From the NCBI GenBank assembly GCA_963840035.1, contig CAWIXE010000002.1:1440001-1504000 (forward strand): a stretch of DNA of 64,000 bases, read 5' to 3'. Made by a program: the position numbers and the translations under genes. The DNA comes from a candidate division FCPU426 bacterium (GTDB taxonomy: Bacteria > Oederibacteriota > PGYV01 > Palsa-1178). Shown piece by piece: positions 48,905-57,325 of the stretch (position 1 is the stretch's first letter; every line of letters starts with the position of its first letter). The notes below the pieces were generated by a model, which was given only the letters and a program-made list of their open reading frames with translations, ran no database searches and was not told the DNA's origin.

Positions 48905-49912
48905 ATGGAAATAGTATCAAGGCCGCACGGGCGCAACCTCATAGAATGGGCAAAGGACAAGCCTAAAGTTATAGTTCTTTCCGCCGACTTAACCGGCTCA
49001 TGCGAGGTTGATACTTTCAGGGACACCTATCCTTCACGCTTTATATCCGCAGGCATTGCCGAGCAGAATATGCTCTCTGTAGCTGCCGGAATGTCGCGCG
49101 AAGGCTTCATTCCATTTGTCCATACATTCGCCGTCTTCATATACCGCAGGGCATTTGACCAGGTAGCCATGTCAGTGGCATATTCAAACCTGCCGGTTAA
49201 AATGTTCGGTTTCCTTCCCGGAGTAATGACCCCGGGCGGAGCGACCCACCAGGCTTTCGAAGACATAGCAATCATGCGTTCCCTTCCCAATATGACTGTT
49301 ATTGATACGGCAGACGCCACAGAAATAGAGACAATGCTCGACCCGGTGCTGGCGGTTAACGGGCCGGTGTATATTCGGATCCTGCGCGGCGATGTGCCGA
49401 GGCTTTTCGATAAAAAAGAGCCATTTAAGCTCTCGGTTAACAGGACGCTTAATACGGGCAGCGATATAACCATAGTGTCATGCGGCATCTGTACTGAAGA
49501 GGCCATAAGGGCTGTCGCGGCACTGCGCTCAAAGGGCATTTCCGCGGGCCACATACATATCTCGACCTTAAAGCCGTTTAACGCCGCTGATATCCTTGAA
49601 GCTGTTTCCGCTTCAAAATACGGCGTAATAAGCGTGGAAAACCATACGACCATTGGCGGCCTTGGCTCCATAATATCCGAGGCCATGGCCGAGGCCGGGC
49701 TGGCAAAGAAAATAGAAAAACTCGGCCTGCAGGACAGGTTCGCTCACGGCGCCTCCAAGCGCTACCTCATGAAAGAGTACGGCTTTGACGCCCCTTCAAT
49801 AGTTGCGGCATATGAGAAGCTGTCGGGTTCCATGACCGGGATATCGGATGAAGAACTTAAGGCAGTCGAAATTAAGCCCGTGCATTCCGCCATGAAAGCG
49901 GAAGACCTTTAA
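48905..49912 (+). CDS. transketolase-like ThDP enzyme, pyrimidine-binding/C-terminal subunit
   Basis: LSADL..S, GIAEQNM, RAFDQ, GGATHQ..ED, GPVYIR, LKPF, ENH...GGLGS. Confidence 0.92.
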   Translation: MEIVSRPHGRNLIEWAKDKPKVIVLSADLTGSCEVDTFRDTYPSRFISAGIAEQNMLSVAAGMSREGFIPFVHTFAVFIYRRAFDQVAMSVAYSNLPVKMFGFLPGVMTPGGATHQAFEDIAIMRSLPNMTVIDTADATEIETMLDPVLAVNGPVYIRILRGDVPRLFDKKEPFKLSVNRTLNTGSDITIVSCGICTEEAIRAVAALRSKGISAGHIHISTLKPFNAADILEAVSASKYGVISVENHTTIGGLGSIISEAMAEAGLAKKIEKLGLQDRFAHGASKRYLMKEYGFDAPSIVAAYEKLSGSMTGISDEELKAVEIKPVHSAMKAEDL

Positions 49913-49928
49913 TCAATTTTTATATAAT

Positions 49929-50010
49929 GTAGAGAGCCGGCTTGCTGGCTCTCTAACGTGGACCTGTTCTAAAAGCCAAATGTTTTAGAGGGGGCAAGCC
50001 CCCTCTCTAC
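49929..50010. repeat. GTAG-type REP doublet
   Basis: gtagagagccggcttgctggctctc...gagggggcaagccccctctctac; related half copy at 51391-51415. Confidence 0.7.
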
Positions 50011-50034
50011 GAAAACAATAAAGAGCGGTGATCA

Positions 50035-51147
50035 ATGTCTCAGAACAAAAGATTTTCAGTAATCTACACCTTCACAGGCACTGAAAAAGAAGCCCTTGAA
50101 AAGGCTAAATCTATTTGCGTGGAACAGACAATCGAGTTCCCCCTGGAACTTGTTAGGGACAAATATATCCGTGAAAACATAGTGGGTCAGATCAAATCCT
50201 TCAAAAAATCCGGCAAAAAATTCTCAGCCGAGATCTCATACCTTGACGCCACAGCCGGCCGTGAATTCACCCAGTTCTTAAACGTTGTTTTCGGCAACAC
50301 CTCGATTAAACCCGGCATTAAAGTTGAAAAACTGATGCCCTCAAAGGAAATTCTCGCCATTGTAAAAGGCCCGCGCTTCGGCATAGGCGGCATAAGAAAA
50401 CTCACCGGTGTTTACGGCCGGCCCCTTCTATGCTCCGCTTTGAAGCCTATGGGATTGTCAGTAAAAGCGCTGGCTGAAATGGCGTATAAGTTCGCTCTAG
50501 GCGGCATTGATATTATCAAAGACGACCACGGCCTCGCGAACCAGCCTTTCTCCCCTTTTGAAAAAAGGATAGAAACTGTCTGCAAAGCCGTAGATAAAGC
50601 CAACAAGGAAACAGGTTATAAAACCCTGTACGCCCCGAATATTACAGCTGACCGAAATGATACAATTAAACGCGCGAAGTTCGCTAAAGCCGCAGGCGCA
50701 AAGAGCCTCATAATATCGCCCGGACTCGCGGGACTGGAAAACATGAGGCTAATAGCGGAAGACAGTTCCATAGGGCTTCCCGTCTTCTACCATCCCGCTT
50801 TTCACGGTTCATATGTTGTAAACCCCGATTCAGGCATATCCCACTATGCCTTCTTCGGCCAGTTAATGAGAATGGCCGGCGCAGACGCGGTTATCTTTCC
50901 CAACTACGGCGGCAGGTTCTCTTTTTCGCAGGATGAGTGCGCATCCATAGCGGACGGATGCCGCGGCAAATTCGGCAGCCTTAAGCCCATCCTCCCCGGA
51001 CCAGGCGGCGGCATGACCATGGACAGAATACCGGCAATAAAAAAGTTTTACGGAAATGACGTGGTATTTTTAATGGGCGGCGGGCTTTTTGCGGCAGGAA
51101 CAGATTTAGTGGATAATTGCAGGAAGTTTAAAAAATTAGTTGAATAA
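50035..51147 (+). CDS. rlp: RuBisCO-like protein (form IV, KDDH type; putative 5-methylthioribulose-1-phosphate isomerase)
   Basis: EQTIEFP, FGNTS, GPRFG..GIR, CSALKP.GL, IKDDHGLANQ, GADAVIFPN.GGRF, PGGG, GGG; 370 aa. Confidence 0.9.
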   Translation: MSQNKRFSVIYTFTGTEKEALEKAKSICVEQTIEFPLELVRDKYIRENIVGQIKSFKKSGKKFSAEISYLDATAGREFTQFLNVVFGNTSIKPGIKVEKLMPSKEILAIVKGPRFGIGGIRKLTGVYGRPLLCSALKPMGLSVKALAEMAYKFALGGIDIIKDDHGLANQPFSPFEKRIETVCKAVDKANKETGYKTLYAPNITADRNDTIKRAKFAKAAGAKSLIISPGLAGLENMRLIAEDSSIGLPVFYHPAFHGSYVVNPDSGISHYAFFGQLMRMAGADAVIFPNYGGRFSFSQDECASIADGCRGKFGSLKPILPGPGGGMTMDRIPAIKKFYGNDVVFLMGGGLFAAGTDLVDNCRKFKKLVE

Positions 51148-51162
51148 GTATCTAAGCGCATT

Positions 51163-51199
51163 ACCTGAGACGCCCCACCTGAGACGCCCCACCTGAGAC
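51163..51199. repeat. 14-bp tandem repeat ACCTGAGACGCCCC x2.6
   Basis: Read directly, between convergent genes. Confidence 0.8.
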
Positions 51200-51207
51200 T
51201 ACTTCCC

Positions 51208-51375
51208 CTATTCCTTCGGCAGCCTTAACCCCAGCTTCTTCAGCCTTATATAATAATTAAAATTATCTTCCCCTGGTTTCCTTGGCGGGACTTCAATCGT
51301 TTTTGTGACGGTCTTTATTGTACTTGTAGACCTCTTTGTCATCGAATAACTTTTATTCTTTCCCATTGCATCCAT
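51208..51375 (-). CDS. small basic hypothetical protein
   Basis: Open frame continuing the orientation of the amidohydrolase operon; start uncertain (51375 or 51366). Confidence 0.4.
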   Translation of the reverse strand: MDAMGKNKSYSMTKRSTSTIKTVTKTIEVPPRKPGEDNFNYYIRLKKLGLRLPKE

Positions 51376-51442
51376 CGCCCTTTCCGCCCGGAGAGGCAGC
51401 AAGCCGCCTCTCTACAGGGTCTTTTCTGACGGCCATGCTTTT

Positions 51443-51504
51443 GTAGGGGCAATTCACGAATTGCCCAACCCGGTGAAGGCGGGCGATTCATGAATCGCCC
51501 CTAC
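51443..51504. repeat. GTAG-type REP doublet
   Basis: Inverted copy of 29917-29979. Confidence 0.8.
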
Positions 51505-51525
51505 AATACCAACAACGACAACTAA

Positions 51526-52332
51526 TTATAACCCCAGCAGTTTTTCCGCGTTCTTATGATATATCAATTCTTTTACGTTACCCTGAATAATGCCATCAAG
51601 CTTCTTCTCGATATTTGCCGCGGTTTCCCAGGGAAAATCAGTTCCAAAAAGTATCTTTTCAGGGCCATGAGCCATAATCATCCTTTTTATGGTAATGTCT
51701 TTCATCTCCACGCAATATGCCGTATCAAGGTAGATGTTCTTTCCGATTAAGTACTTAGTCACATCATCCCACATCTTATAACCGCCCATGTGCGCCATTA
51801 TAAGTGTCAGGCCTTCGATTGTCGCTACCTGCGCAAGGCGCTTTGGAGTGGCGTGTATTTCCGGGAACGCGAGGTCCGCGCCGGCGTGGAACAATATGAA
51901 TAGGTTGTGTTTTCTGCAGGCCTCATATATTTCCCAGTGCTCGGGATCGTCAGGATAAAACGCCTGATACTCAGGGTGGAGTTTTATCCCCTTTATCCCT
52001 TTGGACGCTATAAACGCCAGTTCCTCATCCACGTTTCCAATTTCATAAAAATCAGGGTGCATGGCGCCCAGGCATATTACCGAACCGTCGCCCGTTTCAT
52101 TCTGAGCTATCATTTTCCTGTTGATGGATATTACCTGTTCTTTTTTTGTGGCGGGCGGCGCGTTAACCGATACTGCCACACCGTCCCTTTTCATATATTC
52201 TTTTACAGCCGCAATCGTGCCGTCGCCGTATGATGTGACCGGTTCCATCGAGAGCGACTTTAAGTGCTCCAGTGTTTTCGGGGCAATGCTGTCGGGAAAA
52301 TAGTGCGTGTGAAAATCAATAATTTTTGTCAT
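51526..52332 (-). CDS. amidohydrolase_2 family metallo-hydrolase
   Basis: IDFHTH, GIKLHP..Q, FHAG, AHMGG, ILFGTDFPW. Confidence 0.9.
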   Translation of the reverse strand: MTKIIDFHTHYFPDSIAPKTLEHLKSLSMEPVTSYGDGTIAAVKEYMKRDGVAVSVNAPPATKKEQVISINRKMIAQNETGDGSVICLGAMHPDFYEIGNVDEELAFIASKGIKGIKLHPEYQAFYPDDPEHWEIYEACRKHNLFILFHAGADLAFPEIHATPKRLAQVATIEGLTLIMAHMGGYKMWDDVTKYLIGKNIYLDTAYCVEMKDITIKRMIMAHGPEKILFGTDFPWETAANIEKKLDGIIQGNVKELIYHKNAEKLLGL

Positions 52333-52670
52333 TACTTTACTTCATTCTTATAGTGGATTACTCTTACTTTTTCAAGCGTTACCATTCCGCCTTTATGCAT
52401 CTTTTCTATGACCGGTATGAGATTATTCAGCTTATCCTCCGTATCGACAATTTCAACAATTAACGGCAGGTCTCCGGACATCTCCAGTACCTTTGCGGTA
52501 TGTATCCGCGATGTCTTGCCAAAACCCATTATGCCCCTGATTACAGTTGCCCCGGCCATATTAAGTTCCCTTGCCTTGAGCACTATGGCTTCATAAGCCG
52601 GTTTCCCCTCAAACTTTTCGCTCTCCCCAATGAATATCCTCAGCAGTGCCGATTCCCTCGGTAATTCCAT
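52332..52670 (-). CDS. DUF190 protein (PII-like fold, CrcB-associated)
   Basis: LLRIFIGE, AGATVIRGIMGFG, LPLIVEIVD. Confidence 0.93.
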   Translation of the reverse strand: MELPRESALLRIFIGESEKFEGKPAYEAIVLKARELNMAGATVIRGIMGFGKTSRIHTAKVLEMSGDLPLIVEIVDTEDKLNNLIPVIEKMHKGGMVTLEKVRVIHYKNEVK

Positions 52671-53071
52671 TACATGCCTCCCCTTAATAGTTTTGTAAGG
52701 TACTTTGCGGTAATCATCCCCGCGAACACCAGAAGTATCGAACCAATATTATTAACCAATATGTTCATCAACGCGGCATTGCTTTCACCGTTATTTAATA
52801 GATTGACGCTTTCAAGGGCATACGCGGAAAAGGTCGTGAATCCACCCATAAAACCGACAAGCAGAAAGATCCTTGTTTCAGGTTTCATGGTTGTTTCAGT
52901 GGATATTCCCCAGACAAATCCGGCCAAAAATGAACCGGCAAGATTAACCGCAAGGGTGCCGTAAGGAAAAATCGATTTAACCTGAAGCAGCTGGTTGACA
53001 TAGGTGGAAAGGCCGAAACGCGACGCTGAGCCTATCGCCCCTCCGATAAGAACAAGAATAAAATTTAACAA
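52670..53071 (-). CDS. crcB: fluoride channel Fluc/CrcB
   Basis: GGAIGSASRF, FPYGTLAVN, GFMGGFTTFS; TTG 53071 after AAGGAG. Confidence 0.95.
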   Translation of the reverse strand: MLNFILVLIGGAIGSASRFGLSTYVNQLLQVKSIFPYGTLAVNLAGSFLAGFVWGISTETTMKPETRIFLLVGFMGGFTTFSAYALESVNLLNNGESNAALMNILVNNIGSILLVFAGMITAKYLTKLLRGGM

Positions 53072-53084
53072 ATACGGCTCCTTT

Positions 53085-53954
53085 TTACCTGCGGACTGAC
53101 CCGAGTTTTGATTCATTATAAATACGTTTATTTTGTTCCACCTTATTCATGGTATAAAGGTGTATCCCTGAAACACCATGGTCTATGAGGTGGTTTATCT
53201 GGCCTACAGTGTATTTAACAGTTTCATCGCATACAGGGTTGTCTATACTGCAGGTCGAAGTCGCTAACCTGAACCTTTCGGGTATCTCCACCCCGCACAT
53301 GCCTGCCATGCGCTCAAGGTTCAATAACTTTGTAGCTGTCATGATACCGGGTATTAACGGTGCATTTATCCCTGCATGTAAAACCCTATCCCTGAAGCTG
53401 AAAAAGTGGTCATTATCAAGGAACAACTGCGTCGTCATGAAATCCGCCCCGGCATCCACTTTTTCCTTCAGGTGCATTAAATCGTCCGCTGCCGATCCTG
53501 CCTGCGGGTGTTTTTCAGGGTAACACGCGACGCCCACGGAGAAATCAAGCCCGCTTTTTTTAATAAAACTTACCAGGTCAGCGGCATATTTAAAATCCTT
53601 CAGCGGGTCTTTAACATCCGGCGGCAAATCGCCCCTTAAAGCCATAATATTATCAACGCCTTTTGATTTAAGCTCATGAAGTATGGACATGATCGAGTCT
53701 TTTGTGGCGCCTATGCACGTTAAGTGCGCCAGGGCAGGCACTTTAAAATGATTATTTATCTTATCGGCTATTTCCACGGTCCTTCCCCTTGTGGATCCGC
53801 CCGCGCCGAATGTAACGCTGATATAATCAGGGTTTAACTCTTTTAACTGCTCTATAGTATTAAATATGACATTGATATCGGTATCCGGTTTTGGCGGGAA
53901 TACCTCCATGGAAAAGACGAACTTTTTTGCCTTAAGTATTTCCTTGATTTTCAC
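53085..53954 (-). CDS. metF: 5,10-methylenetetrahydrofolate reductase
   Basis: SMEVFPPK, SVTFGAGG, AHLTC, ALRGD, YPEKH, TQLF, HLYTMN. Confidence 0.95.
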   Translation of the reverse strand: MKIKEILKAKKFVFSMEVFPPKPDTDINVIFNTIEQLKELNPDYISVTFGAGGSTRGRTVEIADKINNHFKVPALAHLTCIGATKDSIMSILHELKSKGVDNIMALRGDLPPDVKDPLKDFKYAADLVSFIKKSGLDFSVGVACYPEKHPQAGSAADDLMHLKEKVDAGADFMTTQLFLDNDHFFSFRDRVLHAGINAPLIPGIMTATKLLNLERMAGMCGVEIPERFRLATSTCSIDNPVCDETVKYTVGQINHLIDHGVSGIHLYTMNKVEQNKRIYNESKLGSVRR

Positions 53955-54054
53955 TCTTCATCTCCTGAAATATTGTTTCCATATTATTATATAAAGAACG
54001 GCATTTGACAAGGATAAACAGCAAGTTATGATTGCATCAGGGCGCCATCCGGGC

Positions 54055-54087
54055 AAAAAAATGGGCGGGCATTACGCCCGCCCATTA
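54055..54087. terminator. intrinsic terminator
   Basis: aaaaaaatgggcgggc-attac-gcccgcccatt. Confidence 0.8.
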
Positions 54088-54102
54088 ACACACTATATTA
54101 TC

Positions 54103-55191
54103 TTAGTTCCAGGTTATGTCGTCGATATACCAGTCGCCCGTTCCCGCAGCGTCTGTAGGTACCGCAGAATTCTTATAAATCTGAATAAAAATCCTCTCCG
54201 CGTTTGCAACAGTAACTCCTGTCCATGTAGCTGTGACCCATCCGCCTGAAGCATTGGCTGTGGTAAGCGAAGTATACCCGCCTGAAGAATCAGCCCATAC
54301 AGAATCCTGGATATGTATGCCGACTTTGTATACGTCAGTATCGCCCGTATACGCCAAAACATCTGCCGGTGGCTTTATTTTGCAGGAAATTGTCGATGTG
54401 CTGAAACTAACGTGCTGTTTCAGGTCGCGCTGTATGTTTATCTGGTTATTTACAACGTTAAAAGTTGCCGCCACCTTCATGCAGCCTGTCGTGCTTCCTT
54501 CAGCTGTATTATCCCAGGAAAGTGCCGTAACAGCTCCCCCTCCATACTGCCAGTTGGCTGTCTGGTTAGTCGCAAAATTATAGGCGCCTTCCACAAAAGC
54601 CGGGCCTACCTCTATTAAATCCACGAACATATCTGACGAAGCCGTGCCTGACCAACCGCCGTCAACATACATATTCAGCCCCATTTTGGTGACTGTTGTA
54701 GGGTCTGTAATCTGAGACGCGTTCTGATGAATTTCTATCCACTGACCCGGATAGAAATTGTAATCCCATCCTTCTGCGTAAGAAGATGTATTGCTGATGG
54801 TGAACACTTTTGCCCCGCCGTAATTCGATCCGTTTGCAGGCCACGATGACGGTACATAAATCCTGGCGTAAATGGTCTTTCCCGTCATATCTTTTACTGT
54901 GTGTGTCAGGCTTACAAGGGCTGACCTTCCGGTGCTTGCGATCGTGGAATCAAACGAGGCCGCTACGTCCATGGAGTGTGTTCCGGAATACGCATGCGCT
55001 GTAGAAACCGTGAAACCGGTCGACTGATTTTCGGGTGTTCCCCATCCTTCCAGGCTTGACTCAAAATCAAAAGTCCCCCATGCCGGCGGTGTCGGTCCGG
55101 GCCCGGGATCTGTCGTTGTGCTTTTCTTGGCGCAGGAAATTACAAAAACCAGTGCTATTACAACTGCAATTACAACAACAATTTTCTTCAT
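54103..55191 (-). CDS. surface lipoprotein with two CBM-like beta-sandwich domains
   Basis: Lipobox VISC-AKK, PGPGPTP linker, FDFE...GW...AYSGTHSM modules, ends WYIDDITW. Confidence 0.75.
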   Translation of the reverse strand: MKKIVVVIAVVIALVFVISCAKKSTTTDPGPGPTPPAWGTFDFESSLEGWGTPENQSTGFTVSTAHAYSGTHSMDVAASFDSTIASTGRSALVSLTHTVKDMTGKTIYARIYVPSSWPANGSNYGGAKVFTISNTSSYAEGWDYNFYPGQWIEIHQNASQITDPTTVTKMGLNMYVDGGWSGTASSDMFVDLIEVGPAFVEGAYNFATNQTANWQYGGGAVTALSWDNTAEGSTTGCMKVAATFNVVNNQINIQRDLKQHVSFSTSTISCKIKPPADVLAYTGDTDVYKVGIHIQDSVWADSSGGYTSLTTANASGGWVTATWTGVTVANAERIFIQIYKNSAVPTDAAGTGDWYIDDITWN

Positions 55192-55356
55192 CTTTTACCT
55201 CCCTGATAATTTTGTTTCCCTTATATAACATTTAAATTATAAACGTAAACATTTGTAAAATCAAGATATTTAAATAGCCCGCTTCTGAATTGTACCGTTT
55301 TTCATCAATTCAAACTGTTTGACCGTTAAAACCTGAAAGGTATAAATATGCGTGTT

Positions 55357-56187
55357 CTAAAAATATTTTTTGACCAGTTCTTTCACCCTCTTTACGCAAA
55401 CCGGGAAGAACTCCTTTTCATTCTGTGCCTTAACATTCTTGTCTTCTGTCTTTAAAAAATCCTGTCCCTCATACTCTATGGCGATGAACCCTGCGTACTT
55501 AGCCTCCGCCAGTATCTTAACGGTCTTATCCAGGTCAAAATCCGATGTTTTCTTTCCGTCTTTTGAAATGGTGTGAATCTTTAAGTGGATGTATTTCGCG
55601 TACTTCACAGTCTCTTTTATTGCCTTTAATATGTCCTTATCGTGGTAATTCCCGGTATCAAGGTTAAGCTTAAAAAACTCCGAATTTACATCATTTAAAA
55701 ACTTAACTGTCGAGGCGGAATCCGGAAGGAATCCCCCCCCGTTATGCGGTTCAAGCACCAGCGTTATGCCCTTAGTCGCGGCGTATTCTGCTGACTTTTT
55801 CATGGACGCCACAGCCTTGCCCCAGAGCGCTTCCCTTTTACCCTGCGGCGGCCATCCCGCGAATACCCTGACAACAGGCGCGCCGAGTATCTCCGCCGCG
55901 TCAACTGACTTTTTTACGTAATCCTCGTTGGACGCCTGCGCCTTATCATCCTCGTTGCCGAAATTATTCCCCGGCGACAGGCATGTTATGGTCAGGTTCC
56001 TGTCAGTCGCGTATTTCTTTACCTTCCTTAAGTGCGCGGGCTCAAGCGAAAGCAGGTGTTCGTTGATGAATTCAATACCGCCAAGCCCCGCTTCCGCGTA
56101 TACGTCCATAAGTTTGAACTCGTCCGCCAGTTTCAGGTCATATGAGTGGTGCTGGGACCAGGTAATTGCAGATAATTTAAATGCCAT
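55357..56187 (-). CDS. sugar phosphate isomerase/epimerase (AP_endonuc_2, xylose-isomerase-like TIM barrel)
   Basis: GIEF, LEPH, LDTGN, IHLK, AIEYEG metal ligands. Confidence 0.9.
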   Translation of the reverse strand: MAFKLSAITWSQHHSYDLKLADEFKLMDVYAEAGLGGIEFINEHLLSLEPAHLRKVKKYATDRNLTITCLSPGNNFGNEDDKAQASNEDYVKKSVDAAEILGAPVVRVFAGWPPQGKREALWGKAVASMKKSAEYAATKGITLVLEPHNGGGFLPDSASTVKFLNDVNSEFFKLNLDTGNYHDKDILKAIKETVKYAKYIHLKIHTISKDGKKTSDFDLDKTVKILAEAKYAGFIAIEYEGQDFLKTEDKNVKAQNEKEFFPVCVKRVKELVKKYF

Positions 56188-56199
56188 GTCACACTCTCC

Positions 56200-57231
56200 T
56201 TATACTGTCAATTTAACAGGTTTGCCGGTCTTGGCTGCCTGTCTTGTAGCTATTATTACAGCCGCGGATTTCATGCCTTCCGTCCCGTCAATGATGCATT
56301 TTTTTCCGTTCAATACGCAATCCACAAAATGCGGCACCGGTCCCGCGAGCCTGCTTTTTTCCGGCACAGTGTAATCCACCTCTTTAACAGTGCTGTACGG
56401 ATTTTTCGGGTCTACGGTCCAAACGCGCACCCTCTTCGGGTCATAGTTGGACTGGTTCACTATCGCCTTGCCCTTTGTGCCGTATAACTGCACTACAACC
56501 TCATAAGGGCTGTTAGTCCATGATGCTTCATATACTCCGAGGGTGCCGTCAGTGAATTTCACTGCCGCCTCTATGTTATCCTCAAGCTTGAATTTTTTCT
56601 TTACCAGATTCGCCATAAAGCTTGTTACGCTGTGAACTTCCTTGCCCGTTATGAACCTGATAACGTCCAGTATGTGTATGCCCACATCCGTGGCGCACCC
56701 GCCGCCGGATTTCTTTTCGTCAAAATACCACGGGGAGTCATCGGACCAGAATTCCGGCCCTGAATGCCCGAGCTTGCCGCGCACCGAGACTATGTCCCCT
56801 ATGATGCCGCTGTCAACCACGTCCTTTAGCACCTCATGCGCGGGGTCAAACCTGTGCGTCTGTTCGACCATGAGCACTACCTTATTTGCCTTGGCGGTCT
56901 TTATCATAAGCTTCATTTCTTTCACTGAAAGCCCCATGGGTTTTTCCACAAGTACATGCTTTTTGTTCTTTGCGGCGAATATCGTGACCGGCGCATGCAG
57001 GTAATTAGGAAGACATACCGAAACCGCGTCAATCCCCGCTTCCGCTATCATTTTTTTGTAGTCTGTGTAAACATTCGGGACATTGAACATTTTAGCAAGC
57101 TTCTCAGCTTTCCTTTTATTTAGGTCACAAATTGCCACAACTTCCGACCCTGAAGCGTCCTTATACCCCGGCAGATGCAGCCTCTCCGCTATTTTCCCAG
57201 CGCCGATAATGCCAATCTTTAACTTTCCCAT
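56200..57231 (-). CDS. Gfo/Idh/MocA-family NAD(P)-dependent oxidoreductase
   Basis: GIIGAGKIA, PNYLH, HVLVEKP, SGGG...DVGIH..D; ATG 57231 after AGGAGG. Confidence 0.93.
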   Translation of the reverse strand: MGKLKIGIIGAGKIAERLHLPGYKDASGSEVVAICDLNKRKAEKLAKMFNVPNVYTDYKKMIAEAGIDAVSVCLPNYLHAPVTIFAAKNKKHVLVEKPMGLSVKEMKLMIKTAKANKVVLMVEQTHRFDPAHEVLKDVVDSGIIGDIVSVRGKLGHSGPEFWSDDSPWYFDEKKSGGGCATDVGIHILDVIRFITGKEVHSVTSFMANLVKKKFKLEDNIEAAVKFTDGTLGVYEASWTNSPYEVVVQLYGTKGKAIVNQSNYDPKRVRVWTVDPKNPYSTVKEVDYTVPEKSRLAGPVPHFVDCVLNGKKCIIDGTEGMKSAAVIIATRQAAKTGKPVKLTV

Positions 57232-57278
57232 AAAGCCTCCTGTTATATAGTTGTATAAAACGCTTTCGTGATTAATTA

Positions 57279-57311
57279 AAAAAACCGGGAGAAGCATTCA
57301 CTCTCCCGGTT
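57279..57311. terminator. intrinsic terminator
   Basis: aaaaaaccgggaga...tctcccggtt after the 57326-59284 gene. Confidence 0.65.
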
Positions 57312-57325
57312 AAATATTTAACCTA

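Noticed and set aside
50035..51147. Bona fide RuBisCO / carbon fixation
   Set aside because: KDDH instead of KDDE, only 370 aa, and no small subunit or phosphoribulokinase nearby; this is a form IV RLP.
51163..51199. CRISPR-like repeat
   Set aside because: Contiguous 14-bp tandem with no spacers, and no cas genes in the window.
51361..51385. Fluoride riboswitch (GGCGATGG on the minus strand)
   Set aside because: Lies downstream of crcB and lacks the rest of the aptamer and pseudoknot.
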